A stretch of 64,000 nt of DNA from the NCBI RefSeq assembly GCF_004010195.1, contig NC_057749.1, forward strand, positions 7,337,416 to 7,401,415, in the 5' to 3' direction. The notes below the pieces were generated by a model. That model had not been told where the DNA came from, did no database searches, and saw nothing but the letters and a program-made list of their open reading frames with translations. This document shows positions 1 to 12,128 of this stretch, piece after piece. The stretch comes from Chiloscyllium plagiosum (taxonomy: Eukaryota). A program made the position numbers and the translations under genes. Every line of letters begins with the position of its first letter. Position 1 is the first letter of the stretch.

Positions 1-185
1 TCCCTCAACACACATCCCTTAAAAGGAATGATCTGGTTGTTATCACATTATTTGTGGAAATCTGCTACGTGCAAATTGGTCATCACACATCCAACATAAC
101 AACAAGTGGCCATACTTGAAAAGTATTGGTTTGATATAAAGCTTTGGGACATCATGAGGTGTTTAGAATTATATAAACAGATTGG
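1..185 (+). mobile_element. DeuSINE (SacSINE1/AmnSINE-like) 3' portion, degenerate
   Basis: gatctggttgttatcacatt..tttgtggaaatctgctacgtgcaaattgg resembles the Deu-domain 3' region, followed by an L2-like tail. Confidence 0.65.
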
Positions 186-189
186 AAAA

Positions 190-390
190 TTTCAGCCTGT
201 TCTGCTGAAGAAGAAAGGAAGTTTGCTTAAAGGTCTTAAGTTGTCTAGACAGGTTACATCAAGGAAAATAGATCCCATGAGGAGAAGGATCAAGAGTGAG
301 AGAGTACATTTTTAAGGTGATTGGCAGAAAGAAGCAATCATGATATTAGGAGAATTTCTTTTCATGCAGCAAGTGGAAAGGATTTGGATT
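190..390 (+). mobile_element. Old CR1 ORF2 C-terminal remnant (continues at about 3069-3240)
   Basis: Degenerate 'FKVIGRK..NFF.QQV..IW' CR1 C-terminal pattern; resumes after nested inserts. Confidence 0.55.
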
Positions 391-393
391 GTG

Positions 394-716
394 TTTTTTT
401 ATTCATTCATGGGATGAGGGCACCACTAACCAGGCCAGCATTTATTGTCCATCTCTAATTGCCCAGAGGGCAGTTAGAGTCAACCACATTGCTGTGGTCT
501 GGAGTCACATGTAGGCCAGACCAGGTAAGGATGGCAGTTTCCTTTCCTAAAGGACATTAGTGAACCAGATGGGTTTTTCCCAACAATCAATTAATGGTCA
601 TCATTTGATTCTTAATTCCAGATATTTATTGAATTCAAATTCCGCCATCTGTCAGGTTCCTAGAACATTAGCTGGGTCTCTGGATTAATAGTTGAGCAAT
701 AACACCACGAGGCCAT
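394..716 (-). mobile_element. tRNA-derived SINE, family B (shares tail with the LINE at 18060 and 52530)
   Basis: Matches about 10 other copies in the window (aaaaacccatctggttcactaatgtcctttagg; tail gggcaataaatgctggcc...atgaataaaaaa). Confidence 0.8.
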
Positions 717-719
717 TCA

Positions 720-928
720 TAGATTTACAGAATCCCTACACTGTGGAAACAGGCCAATTGGCTCAACAAGTCCACACCAACTCTTGAAATAGTATCCCAC
801 CCAGACCCCTTCCCCTACCCTATTACTTTACATTTCCCCAGACTAATGCACCTAACCTACACATCCCTGAACACTATAGACAGTTTAGCATGGCTAATTC
901 ACCTAACCTGCACATCTTTGAGCTGTGG
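720..928 (-). mobile_element. HE1 V-SINE 3' half (split by PLE)
   Basis: Reverse complement of the HE1 tail and V-domain. Confidence 0.85.
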
Positions 929-2911
929 AGAAAGGTAGGACTGCAGATGCTGGAGGTCAGAGTCAAGAGTGTGGTGCTGGAAAGACACAGGTCAGGCAGC
1001 ATCCGAAGAGCTGGAGAATCGATGTTTTAGGCATCGGCCCTTCATCAGGAATGAGGCTTGTGGGCCGGGGCGCTCAGAGATAAATGTGAGGGGGATGGGG
1101 CTGGGAGGAAGGTAGCTGAGAATGCGATAGATGAATGAAGGTGGGGGAGAAGGTGATAGGTCGGAGAGGAGGGTGGAGCGGATAGATGAGAAAGATGATG
1201 GACAGGTCAAGAGGGCATTGCCAAGTTGGAAGCTTGGGACTGGGATAATGTGGGGGGAGGGGAAATTAGGAAACTGGTGAAATCCATATTAATCCTGTGT
1301 GTTGCAAAGTCCCAAGGCGGAAGATGAGGCATTCTTCCTCCAGGCGTCGGGTGTTTAAGGGTTTGGCGATGGAGGAGGCCCAGAACCTGCATGTCCTCGG
1401 CGGAGCGGGAGGGGGAGTTGAAGTATTCAGCCACGGGGCGATGGGTGCAGGTGTCTCTGAGATGTTCTCTGAAATGATCCGTAAGTAGGCGTCTTGTCTC
1501 CCTGATGTACAGGAGACCAGATCGGGCGCAACAAATGCAATAGTTGACATTTGTGGAAGTCCAGATACATTTCTGTCAGATATGTATCTGGACATATGTA
1601 TTTGGGGCCTTGGTTGGAGATGAGGAGGGAGGTGTGGGCCCAGGTTTTGCACTTCTGCAGTGGCAGGGAAAGGTGCCAAGAGTGGGGGATGGGCTGGTGG
1701 GGGGCGTGGATCTGACAAGATAGTTGCAGAGGAATTGTCTCTCTGGAATGCTGATAGGGGTGGGGAGGGAAATATGTCCCTGGTGGTGGGGTCTGTTTGT
1801 AGGTGGCAGAGGATGATGTGATGTTTACTGAGGTTAGTGGGCTGGAAGATGAAAACCAGTCCTTGTTGCATTGGGCAGGGTGGGGTTCAAGGGGAAGTGG
1901 AGGACATTGCTGGAGATGTGCTGGAGGGTATCATCGACCACATGGGGGGGAAATTGCGATCTTTGAGGAAGGAGGCCATCTGAGATTTTCCAAGATGAAT
2001 TGGTCAGCCTGGGAACAGATGTGGTGGAGGCGGAGGAATTGGGAATAAGGGATGAGATTTTGGTAGGAGTTAGGGTGGGAGGAGTCCAGATAGATGTGGG
2101 GGTCAGTAGGTTTGTAGTAGATGTACATGGTTAGTCAGTCGCCGGAGATGGAGATGAAGAGGTCCAGGAAGGGGAGGGAGGTGTCCAAAATGGTCCAGGT
2201 GAACTTGAGGTCAGGATGAAAACTGTTTGTGATGATGAACTGTTCAAGCTCCTTGTGGAAATGATGTAGCGGAGGAAAAGATAGGAGGTGGTACCAGTGT
2301 AGCTGCAGAAGATGGACTGTTCCACATACCCGACAAAGAGGCAGGCATAGCTGGGGTCTTTATGAGTGCCCATGGCCACCCCTTTGGTTTGGAGGAAATG
2401 GGAGGATTTGAAGGAGAAGTTGTCAAGTGTGAGGACCAGTTCAGCCAGGTGGATGAGGGTGTCAGTGCAAGGGTACTGGTTGGAATGGTATGAGAGGAGG
2501 AAACGGAGGGTTGAAAGACCTTCGTCATTGTGGATAGATGTATACAGGGATTGGATGTCCATGGTGAACATAAGGCATTGGGGACTGGGGAAATGATAGT
2601 CTTGGAGGAGGTGAAGGGTGTGGGTGGTCTCCTGAACGTAGGTGGGGAGTTCCTGGACTAAGGGGACAGGATGGTGTCAAGGTAAGAGTTCAGTGAGACA
2701 GGTGCAGGCTGAGACAATGGGTCAACTGGGGCTGTCAGGTTTGTGAATCTTCGGTTGGAGGTAGAATCGGGCAGTGCGGGGTTCACAGACAATGAGGTCA
2801 GCGGCTATGGATGGGAGATCCGCAAAAGTGATGAGGTTGTGGATGGTCTAGGAGATGATGTCATGATCAAGAGGGCAGTAGGAGGAGGTGCCTGTCAGTT
2901 GGCATTTGGTT
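929..2911 (-). mobile_element. Penelope-like element, decayed (RT + GIY-YIG + pLTR)
   Basis: FTMDIQSLYTSI, GVAMGT, FLRYI, YYKPTD; GIY-YIG-like 'NYCICCARSGLLYIRETRR'; LEEECLIFRLGTLQ; near-TSD tctttg(ag/ga)ctgtgg at about 915-928 and 2912-2925; frameshifted. Confidence 0.9.
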
Positions 2912-3068
2912 TCTTTGGACTGTGGGAGGAAACCAGAACACCCAGCATAAACCCACGCAGACACGAGCAAATGTGTAAACACCACTCAGACAGTCAACCG
3001 CAGCTGGAATTGAACCTGAGTACCTGGCGTTGTGATGCAGCAGCGCTAACCACTGAGCCACCATGCCA
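2912..3068 (-). mobile_element. HE1 V-SINE 5' half
   Basis: tRNA-like head reverse complement gctaaccactgagccacc. Confidence 0.85.
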
Positions 3069-3249
3069 TTGTCCTTCCTGAAAGTGGAGAAGAGGCAGAA
3101 TCAATACAGATATTCAAGAGGGGATGGGTTGTTATCTGAAAAGGAAGAATATAAAGGGTCATCAAGGGAGAAGGTGGGGGAATGACACTGGGTGCATTTT
3201 TGAGCTGAGAGCTAGCACAGGCATGTAGGGCTGTGGTGAAAGATGCTCT

Positions 3250-3535
3250 ATTTACAAGCTTTATCTTGCTTTTAACATAGAAAAACACCCCAAAGTTTCC
3301 TCACAAAAGCATGAACAGACAAAATTAGATGTTGCCACTAAAAAGGAAAAACTAGGGTGATGGGATTGAAAGCATGGTCGGAGAGCTGGTTTATAAGTAG
3401 GATTTTGAAAGAGGCGAAAGAGAAAAAGGAAGAAACAGAGGTTCAGACAGGGAATTCCAGAGTGTTAGGACTAAATGACTGATGTCATGTTCACGGTAGA
3501 ATGAAAAAGATGGGACACAGAAGGGGTTGGTTTCT
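3250..3535 (-). mobile_element. L2-like LINE 3' remnant
   Basis: Degenerate similarity to the L2-like ends at 49190 and 62050. Confidence 0.4.
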
Positions 3536-3539
3536 ATGG

Positions 3540-3752
3540 AAACGGTGGAAGCTGGAAACCTGAAACAAACACAGAACTCACTGGAAAAACTCAGCAGGTC
3601 TGGCAGCATTTCTGTGGAGAGAATTAGAGTTTACGTTCCAAGTCCAGTATGACTGTTCTTCAGAATCTTCATCTCCGGAACAGTCATGCCAGACTCGAAA
3701 TGTGAACTCCACAGATGCTGCCAGACCTGCTGAGTTTCTCCAGCATTCTCTG
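3540..3752. mobile_element. Fold-back PLE pLTR pair, hammerhead family B
   Basis: ctggaaaaactcagcaggtctggcagcat ... atgctgccagacctgctgagtttctccag in inverted orientation. Confidence 0.75.
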
Positions 3753-5116
3753 TCAATGGAACTTGTAGGGATTATAGAGGTGGGAGAGGTTAGGTATAGG
3801 GACAGGTAAGGCCATGAAGAGAATTAAATGAAAGAATAAGAATTTGGAGATTGTAGGAAGTTGTAGAGTGGAAATTGATTGACTTGGCTGCATCAAGTCT
3901 TGACGATTGTAGGAACAATTTCTATGAAAATTGTCCGCTTATTGTTTTCTCAACAACAGGTTTTTAGGGAACTCCAGGTTCCACAACATTCCAAACAGAA
4001 ACTGTGCCGTGAATAACATGTTTGAAACTCCACATGCAGCAAAATTGTAAATATGTTTACAAAGATTTCTCATGATTAGTATTGCTTGCAAAATCAAAGT
4101 TTATGAAACGAACGTCCTGGTGATTTTACCAATAGGAAACAGGCCTGAAAATATTGATGTTGCAGTGATTAGAAACATCCTCCTCAGAAAACCTGCCAAA
4201 CCATTAATTTATTATTTTTAATGTTTATACAATGTTGGTTTATTGACAAGCACCACATATTGATGTATGGAATTGTCAATGAGTCTGTTGTTTTCTCCCT
4301 CTGATGGGCCACAGATCCAAAGGAACACATCAGTTTGTCAGTGATACTGGTGTTCAGTACACCATTTCCAATCTTTCATTGTCTCTTTCTCACTGCATCC
4401 AATTATCCATGAACTCTTATAGTTCTTTGTATTTCTCTGAACTAATGCATTGTCTACAGCACAAAGTGGGTCATATTCCTTTCCAGAATTAATTCACTCA
4501 AGTAACCGTCAACTTGAAAACAGCCTACACATCCAAGCAGTGAATACAAAAACAATTTGGAATCACTTCAGAGACTGTCCAACGCTGCTAATGCAGAGTT
4601 GAAACACTGCATACCTTATTAATCATGCTGACCAGTATTGCTAGTAAATAGAGACAACTGGGCAATTCATTGACAATAGCATCTGTTTCTTTCGGGCTGA
4701 CGTTCCCAGTGCACTGAATGTACCAGGTTTCAATTTCAATGTTGGCAGGGAATGGCTGATTGCAAAAAAACCAGACCTTAAGAAGAATTGAAAGAGAGTC
4801 AGCCTGTACTCCCATTGACTTCCTCAAACATGACTTGGTGTTCAGGTTCTCCAGCCTGACCTCTTGAGTTGGGAGCACTGCTTGAGGCATAAAAGACAAC
4901 CAGAGGGAAAAGCAACAACTCGACAGCGAGAAAGAAAGCTAATACAGAGAAAAATCCAACCTAGAGAACAAGTAAAAATGCCAAGGATACCTATTGCTTG
5001 AGATTTCCTTTTTGCCAATTTCATGGGGAGAGTTTCCACTTTAAATGCAATTCGCAGTTGCATTACTTTTGAGATGGTCTTCCCTCCGTCGTCTTCGCTG
5101 GCATTCATTTAACTAT

Positions 5117-5201
5117 TCCTGAAGAATAGTTAAATGAATAGTTCCTGTTCCCTGGATGCTGCCTGACCTGCTGCACTTTTCCAGCAACACATTTTCAGCC
5201 C
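5117..5201 (+). mobile_element. PLE pLTR mini-insert with 13-bp TSD
   Basis: TSD ttcatttaactat at 5104-5116 and 5202-5214; body ggatgctgcctgacctgctg. Confidence 0.8.
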
Positions 5202-5261
5202 TTCATTTAACTATCTCCACGCACAAAAAGGGTCATCAACCTGCTCTTGGCAAGTATTCGA

Positions 5262-5293
5262 GGCAGCACAGTGGCTCAGTGGACAGCACTGCT
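5262..5293 (+). mobile_element. HE1 SINE head (remainder at 7484-7803)
   Basis: ggcagcacagtggctcagtgg. Confidence 0.75.
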
Positions 5294-5491
5294 AGGTAGA
5301 AACAATGACAGCAGATGCTGGAAACCAGATTCTGGATTAGTGGTGCTGGAAGAGCACAGCAGTTCAGGCAGCATCCGCGGAGCAGTAAAATCGACAATTC
5401 GGGCAAAAGCCCTTCATCAGGAATAAAGGCAGAGAGCCTGAAGTGTGGAGAGATAAGCTAGAGGAGGGTGGGGGTGGGGAGAAAGTAGCAT

Positions 5492-5863
5492 NNNNNNNNN
5501 NNNNNNNNNNNNNNNNNNNNNNNNNNNNNNNNNNNNNNNNNNNNNNNNNNNNNNNNNNNNNNNNNNNNNNNNNNNNNNNNNNNNNNNNNNNNNNNNNNNN
5601 NNNNNNNNNNNNNNNNNNNNNNNNNNNNNNNNNNNNNNNNNNNNNNNNNNNNNNNNNNNNNNNNNNNNNNNNNNNNNNNNNNNNNNNNNNNNNNNNNNNN
5701 NNNNNNNNNNNNNNNNNNNNNNNNNNNNNNNNNNNNNNNNNNNNNNNNNNNNNNNNNNNNNNNNNNNNNNNNNNNNNNNNNNNNNNNNNNNNNNNNNNNN
5801 NNNNNNNNNNNNNNNNNNNNNNNNNNNNNNNNNNNNNNNNNNNNNNNNNNNNNNNNNNNNNNN
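5492..5863. other. Assembly gap (372 N)
   Basis: N run inside the PLE. Confidence 1.
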
Positions 5864-7182
5864 CGTGGACCTGACCAGGTTGTCACGAAGTGAACGGTCT
5901 TTGCGGAAGGCGGAAAGGTGTGGGGAGGGAAATATATCCCTGGTGGTGGGGTCTGTTTGGAGGTGGCGGAAATGTCGGTAGATGATTTGGTTTATGCGAA
6001 GGTTGGTAGGGTGGAAGGTGAGCACCAGGGGCGTTCTGTCCTTGTTACGGTTGGAGGGGTGGGGTCTGAGGGTGGAAGTGCAGGATGTGGACGAGATGTG
6101 TTGGAGGACATCTTTAACCATGTGGGAAGGGAAATTGCGGTCTCTAAAGAAGGAGACCATCTGGTGTGTTCTGTGTGGAACTGGTCCTCCTGGGAGCAGA
6201 TACGGCGGAGGCGGAGGAATTGGGAATATGGGATGGCATTTTTGCAAGAGGTAGGGTGGGAAGAGGTGTAATCCAGGTAGCTGTGGGAGTCGGTGGGTTT
6301 GTAAAAAATGGCAGTGTCAAGTCGATCATCATTAATGGAGATGGAGATGTCCAGGAAGGGGAGTGAGGTGTCAGAGATGGTCCAGGTAAATTTAAGGTCA
6401 GGGTGGAATGTGTTGGTGAAGTTGATGAATTGCTCAACCTCCTCGCGGGAGCATGAGGTGGCGCCAATGCAGGCATTAATGTAGCGGAGGAAGAGGTGGG
6501 GAGTGGTGCCGGTGTAATTACGGAAGATCGACTGTTCTATGTAGCCAACAAAGAGACAGGCATAGCTGGGGCCCATACGTGTGCCCGTGGCTACCCCTTT
6601 CGTCTGGAGGAAGTGGGAGGATTCAAAGGAGAAATTGTTAAGAGTGAGGACCAGTTCGGCCAAACGAATGAGATTGTCTGTGGAAGGGTACTGTTGGGGA
6701 CGTCGGGAGAGGAAAAAACAGAGGGCTTGGAGGCTCTGGTCATGGCGGATGGAGGTGTAAAGGGATTGGATATCCATGGTGAAGATGAGGCGTTGGGGGC
6801 CAGGGAAACGGAAGTCTTGGAGGAGGTGGAGGGCGTGGGTGGTATGTGGGAGTTCCTGGACTAGGGGGGATAGGACAGTGTCGAGGTAGGTAAAGATGAG
6901 TTCAGTGGGTGCAAGAGCATGCTGAGACAATGGGTCGGCCAGGGTGGTCAGGCTTGTGGATCTTGGGAAGGAGGTAGAACCGGGCAGTGCGGGGTTCCCG
7001 GACTATGAGGTTGGAAGTTGTGGGTGGGAGATCTCCTGAGGTGATGAGGTTCTGTATGGACTGGGAGATGATGGTTTGGTGATGCAGGGTGGGGTCATGG
7101 TCGAGGGGGCGGTAGGAAGAGGTGCCCTCGAGTTGGCGTTTGGCTTCAGCGGTGTAGAGGTCAGTGCGCCAGACTACCACTG
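5864..7182 (-). pseudogene. PLE reverse transcriptase pseudogene
   Basis: RFYLLPKIHKP..PGRPIVS, FTMDIQSLYTSI, GVATGTRMGPSYACLF; catalytic YIDD reads YINA; frameshifts near 6905 and 6170. Confidence 0.9.
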
Positions 7183-7254
7183 NNNNNNNNNNNNNNNNNN
7201 NNNNNNNNNNNNNNNNNNNNNNNNNNNNNNNNNNNNNNNNNNNNNNNNNNNNNN
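7183..7254. other. Assembly gap (72 N)
   Basis: N run inside the PLE. Confidence 1.
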
Positions 7255-7483
7255 TCTGGAGGGATGGTGAAAACTCGGCAGGGCTGGGAGCTGGGATCTG
7301 GTGTGGGTGTGGAGCTGGGAGTGGGGGTGGAGCCAGTAACTGGAGTGGGTGTGATGGTGGGGGGAATGGGGGTGGAGTCATGAGCAGGGGTGGTGTTCCC
7401 CTCAGCATTCTGGGGGCCGGGAATGGTGATAGTGGGATCCTGATGAAGGGCTTTTGCCCGAAATGTCGATTTTACTGCTTCTC

Positions 7484-7803
7484 GGTTAGCACTTCTGCCT
7501 CACAACACCAGGGATCCAGGTTCGATTCCAGCCTCAGCCGACTGTCTGTGTGGAGTTTGGCACATTCTCCCTGTGCCTGTGTGGGTCTCCTCCGGGTGCT
7601 CCGGTTTCCTGCCACAGTCCAAAGAAGTGCAGGATAGGTGGATTGGCCATGCTAAATTGTCCATAGCGTTCAAGGATGCGTCGGTTAGGTGAATAAGATA
7701 GGGCTAAATATATGGTATGGAAATTGATCTGGTAGGTTCGTCTTCAGAGGGTCGGTGTGGACTTGTGGCCTGAATGGTCTGTTTCCACATTGTAGGGGTT
7801 CTA
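7484..7803 (+). mobile_element. HE1 V-SINE body
   Basis: B-box ggttcgattcc, V-domain, CR1-like tail. Confidence 0.88.
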
Positions 7804-7841
7804 TTAAGGGGTTCATTAGTGGACGTAAAGTTATTGCTCTT

Positions 7842-8653
7842 TGTGCTGTGATTGGAACCATGGCCAGGTGGATCTCATTGACTATGAGCTCCTTGATTGG
7901 GGACAGGAGGTTAACCTGCGTCAATCAGGGAGCCCTGGCTGACAGAGATAAACAGGTGATTCAGAAGATCTCCTTAGTCTCAGCTGAAAACAACACATGC
8001 TGGAGATCACAAAGGGGTCAGGCAGCATTCATAGAGAGAGAAAGAGAGCAATCTAACACTTTGAGTCTGAATGACTGCATCAGAGCTGAAGTGAAATGTG
8101 GAGGGGGCAGCATTTGTGCTATCGTTGGCAGGGGGAGGTTAGGGTGGAGAATGCTGGGGGAGAGAAGCTGTTGACAGCTCAGATTAAGTGAGTGGAATGT
8201 GAGAATGGCAGAACAATGGTGTGTCTCTGGCCAGAATTGAAAGGACAGACAATCCCACTGGATGGGGGGTGCAGTGGGGAGGACATGGTAACAGAATGTA
8301 ACAAGCTCAAAGAAAGGGAAGAAATGCTTCACAATCTGAATGTGTTGAAATCAATATTAAGTCCAGAGGGCTGTATAATGCCCAGTCTGAAGATGAGATG
8401 TTGCACCTCCAGTTCATGCTGTGATCCACTGCAGCACCACAGCATGCCAAGGACAGACATGTGGCCACTGTGTTAAAATGACTGGCTATGGGAAGGTCGG
8501 GGTCATACTTGCACACAGACCGGAGGGGTTCCATAAAGCAGTCTCCTCAGTCTAGGGCCTGGCTTTGAGCTGGCTGGTCAGAGTCCATTGGACTGTGCAC
8601 ACGTAAGTAAAGGATGACTTGGTGACGGGATACCATCTTGTGCAGCTATTTCA
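7842..8653 (+). mobile_element. Short solo LTR (about 235 bp) split by a PLE fragment
   Basis: TG...CA ends, TATA-like and AATAAA-like motifs; homologous to 13288-13523 and 39870-40359. Confidence 0.6.
7981..8541 (-). mobile_element. 5'-truncated PLE (GIY-YIG C-terminus + pLTR)
   Basis: PDLPIASHFN and 'HLIFRLG...P.GLNIDF'-like sequence; TSD tctcct(t/c)agtct at 7969-7980 and 8542-8553. Confidence 0.8.
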
Positions 8654-9239
8654 CCTCGATAGATCCATGATTGGGAACTTTGATTAATGCAACTTGATTG
8701 GAAGAAGATTTAGCATTTTAATCAGTGACAGTTGACAAGCTGTGAGGAACCGTCTTTTATAATCACTGAAAATAGCTTTAAAGAACTACACAGAATGATT
8801 TGCAATCAGTTTTGGGTTACATATAGTCAGTTTCTTAGTAGATTGGAAAAGAAACTCTAAAAGTTTTAGACCGTGACTATTAGTGCCTATGCGGCTGAAA
8901 GAAATTATATGTTTTGACCTTCTATGAAGTAGCACAAATAAACACAACTGATTGAAACTCAGTGGCAATTCAATCAATCTGAGGAGCGCATGAGCTGGAT
9001 ATTTGTCTCGTGAGATTTTCAAAAATATGGCAAAAGACAGTGAAAACTCAAGTGGTGCAGTGCAGGCTTTGCACTTCAAATTCCACCCTTTTTAATGGGG
9101 CTGACAATGATTTGGGGTGAATAGTGCTTTGAAAAGCAAACTCCAGCCCTCTACACTTCCCACTTTTTAATACGCAGGTGCGGATTGGCATCACAACAAC
9201 AAGCATTTGGAGATCCGATTTACCTCAGTGTTTACGCTT

Positions 9240-9850
9240 TTTTTTATTCACTCATGGGAAACGGGTGTCACTGGTAAGGCCAGCTTGTGGCCCAGCCCTT
9301 ACTGCCCTCGAAAAAGTTCTGGAACTGCTGCAACGTCAGGAAAGAAACGGCAACATAGCTCCAAGACATTTGGAGGGGAACATTGTAGGAAGTGGTCTTT
9401 TCATGCATCTGCTGCCCCACTAGGTGGCAGCAGCTATGGCCTTGGAGGGTGTTGGTGAAGCATTTGGTGTACCCTGTAGATGAAGCAACAGTACGCTGTC
9501 AGTAGAGGTTGTCATGTTTAGAGTAGAGGATGAGGCGTCAATCAAGTGGGCTGCTTTCCCTGGACAGTGTCGAGCTTCGAGAACATTTTCTGGTGCTGTA
9601 CTCATGCAGAGAAGTGAAGAGCATTCTATCACCCTCTTGATTGTGCCTTGTAGATACTGGAAAGGCTTTGGAGACAGGAGGAGAATTACTCACTGGAGAA
9701 TTCCTAACCTTTGACCTGTTCTTATAGTCACAGTATTTGTATTGCTGCCCCCGTATGGATTCTGGTCAATAGTAATGCCCAGAATGGTCAGGGATTCAGA
9801 ACTGATAATGCTATTGATCATCAAGGGGCAATTGTTACATTCCTTGTTTT
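9240..9850 (-). mobile_element. CR1/L2-group LINE 3' fragment (SINE-B partner family)
   Basis: Tail like 18060; 'KAAHLI' ORF2 remnant. Confidence 0.6.
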
Positions 9851-10183
9851 CAACATTTGAGTATTTAAAGCAATTCCTTCATAATTCTATGACTGAAGAA
9901 TCTGAGAGTCCTTGAGGAGACCATTCGGCCTATCATGATGTTCAAAGAACCTATATCTAATGTAGGCTCACTCCACAGCTTTCTCCTCAGAAAGCTCTGC
10001 CATATGTGACTATCAGACAATTGGTTAAGCCCAAGTGGGACAAATTGGTTCTCCTGCATGGTGGAACTTGTAAGCATTAAAGCTAAGGGGGTATATTTAG
10101 CTATGTGTGAAATGTTTTGAAGCCCTATCCTGTATCGGTTTGTCATGGATTTTAAAGATGACTCCCAAGAGGGTTCAGTATGC

Positions 10184-11138
10184 CATAGAGTCATAGAGTC
10201 ACAGATATACAGAACAGAAACAGACCCTTTGGTCCAACACATCTATGCTAACCAGATATCCCAACCTAATCTAGTCCCATCTGCCAGTACTTGGCCCATA
10301 ACCCTCCCAACCCTTCCTATTAATATACTTATCCAGATGCCTTTTAAATGTTGCAAGTATACCAGCCTCCATCACATCCTAACTCTTGTAAATTCCTCAT
10401 TGCCTCTAACTGTCGCTCCAACTGATCCATTTGATCCAAACAACATTTATTGCATATATAATCCTCAGTAACCCTTAAACTCTCTCAAAACTCCCACATC
10501 CAACAAGAAGAGTATTTCACTCGACTAAAGGACATTTTGCTCCTTCCAATCTATAGATGCAGAAAATAGCACCATCTTATTGCTCTTCAAAACATTGCTC
10601 CAGGCTAACTTTAATACTTATGGCTCATATTTTTAAAATTTAATCAAGAAACAAATCCCAGTAAAAACATATAATCAAAAAAGAGCCCACTCTACTCACT
10701 ATTGTAGACTTACAGCAAGGCTATACTTAAAACTAACCACTTATCCATTTCTGTGCTGTGACCTGTCCAAAACAAGTTCCTCCAACATCAGTTGTGAGTT
10801 TCACTGTTTGTTAAGTTTTCCTGAACACACTCCAATATCCAGTGATGCATGAATTCAAACAGCAAAGGCAGTAACTGTGCAGGTTCACTGCTGTGTCAGT
10901 TAGCAGTGTGGGTTTCTTTCTCTCTCTCATGTGCTTGCTGCCTTTGTCTGTCTGTCTGCCTTTTAAAAGTGCTGTTGTTTTGACTTGTTTTTCTCCAAAG
11001 TTCCAAAACAATTGATGCAGCATAGAAAACAGCAATTGCTGCTCCTGGAATTCGAGGAAATCACCTCCTGCACCTAAAATACCTCAAAAAAAAGGAGCAG
11101 CCTGTTCCAGCCAGAAATTTTTCCTGTCCTCCATATTG
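10184..11138 (-). mobile_element. Internally deleted CR1: 5'UTR + ORF1 N-terminus fused to the ORF2 end and 3' tail
   Basis: From 10535(-): MSFSRVKYSSCWMWEF*ESLRVTEDYICNKCCLDQMDQLERQLEAMRNLQE (Cys motif + leucine zipper), then directly the CR1 3' end with (ctctatga)n tail. Confidence 0.75.
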
Positions 11139-11471
11139 TATGATAAAAATGAAACACGGTGGTGGGACATTCAAGTTTTGAAATTGGGTAGAAATTAAAA
11201 GATAACAAAGCAGACTTTATTCAACAAGTTTGTAATTTGTAGACTTCTGCAATGTTCATTCACCCTCATATGATCCTTCCTCAGTTATTTCATAACCACA
11301 GCAATGAAATCGATTCATTTCTAGAGTCTAAAGGTATCAAGGGGGAACGAGCGGGTGTAGGGTGTCAAGATAGAGGATCAGTCATAATCACAGTGAATGG
11401 AGGAGCAAGCTGAAGAGGCCAAATGGCCTACCCCGTTCCTATTTTCTGTGTGGCCATGACATTAAAGCTTG

Positions 11472-11785
11472 GGGCAGCACATGGCTCAGTGGTTAGCACT
11501 GCTGGCTCAGTGGTTAGCACTGCTGCCTCACAGCACCAGGGTCCCAGGTTCGATTCCAGCCTCGGGTGACTGAGTAGAGTTTGCACATTCTCCCCGTATC
11601 TGCGTGGGTTTCCTTCCACAGTCTAAAGATGTGCAGGTCAGGTGAATTGGCCATGCTAAATTGCCCATAGTGCTAGGTGCATTAGTCAGAGGGAAATGGG
11701 TCTGGGTGGGTTACTCTTTGGAGGGTCGGTGTGGACTGGTTGGGCCGAATGGCCTGTTTCCACACTATAGGGAATCTACTCTAAC
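11472..11785 (+). mobile_element. HE1 V-SINE with a 21-bp tandem duplication of the A-box
   Basis: tggctcagtggttagcactgc twice at 11482-11523. Confidence 0.9.
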
Positions 11786-11831
11786 TTGATCAGCTCTTGG
11801 TTAAATTACTAAATCAGAAAGGCAAATCTGA

Positions 11832-12128
11832 CAGGAGCAGCAATGACTGTTTTATATGATGTTGCAATTGTTTTGGAACTTTGGAGAAAAAAAGTCAAAA
11901 CAACAGCACTTTTAAAAGGAGACAGACAAAGGCAAGAAGCACATGGTGTGTAAGGGAGAGAGAGAAAGAAACCCACACTGCTAACTGACACAGCAGTGAA
12001 CCTCCGCAGTTATTGCCTTTACTGTTCGAATTCATGCATCAGAGTATGTCCAGGAAAACTTCACAAACAGCGAAATTCACAACTGATCTTGGAGGAACCT
12101 GTTTGAGGGAGGTCACAGCCCAGAAACA
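11832..12128 (+). mobile_element. CR1 5'UTR fragment (inverted homolog of 10749-11047)
   Basis: aaacccacactgctaactgacacagcagtgaacc is the reverse complement of about 10882-10915. Confidence 0.75.

Larger units (their letters stand above)
5294..7483 (-). mobile_element. Penelope-like element with inverted terminal pLTR/hammerhead copies, inserted in HE1
   Basis: Hammerhead on - strand at about 5390-5421 and on + strand at 7439-7470; RT motifs inside; degenerate 13-bp TSD ggacagcactgct / ggttagcacttct. Confidence 0.92.

Noticed and set aside
5417..5886. Long ORFs spanning X runs
   Set aside because: Artefacts of the N gap
5992..6930. 312-aa RT ORF as an active or domesticated gene
   Set aside because: Catalytic DD replaced (YINA) and flanked by frameshifts
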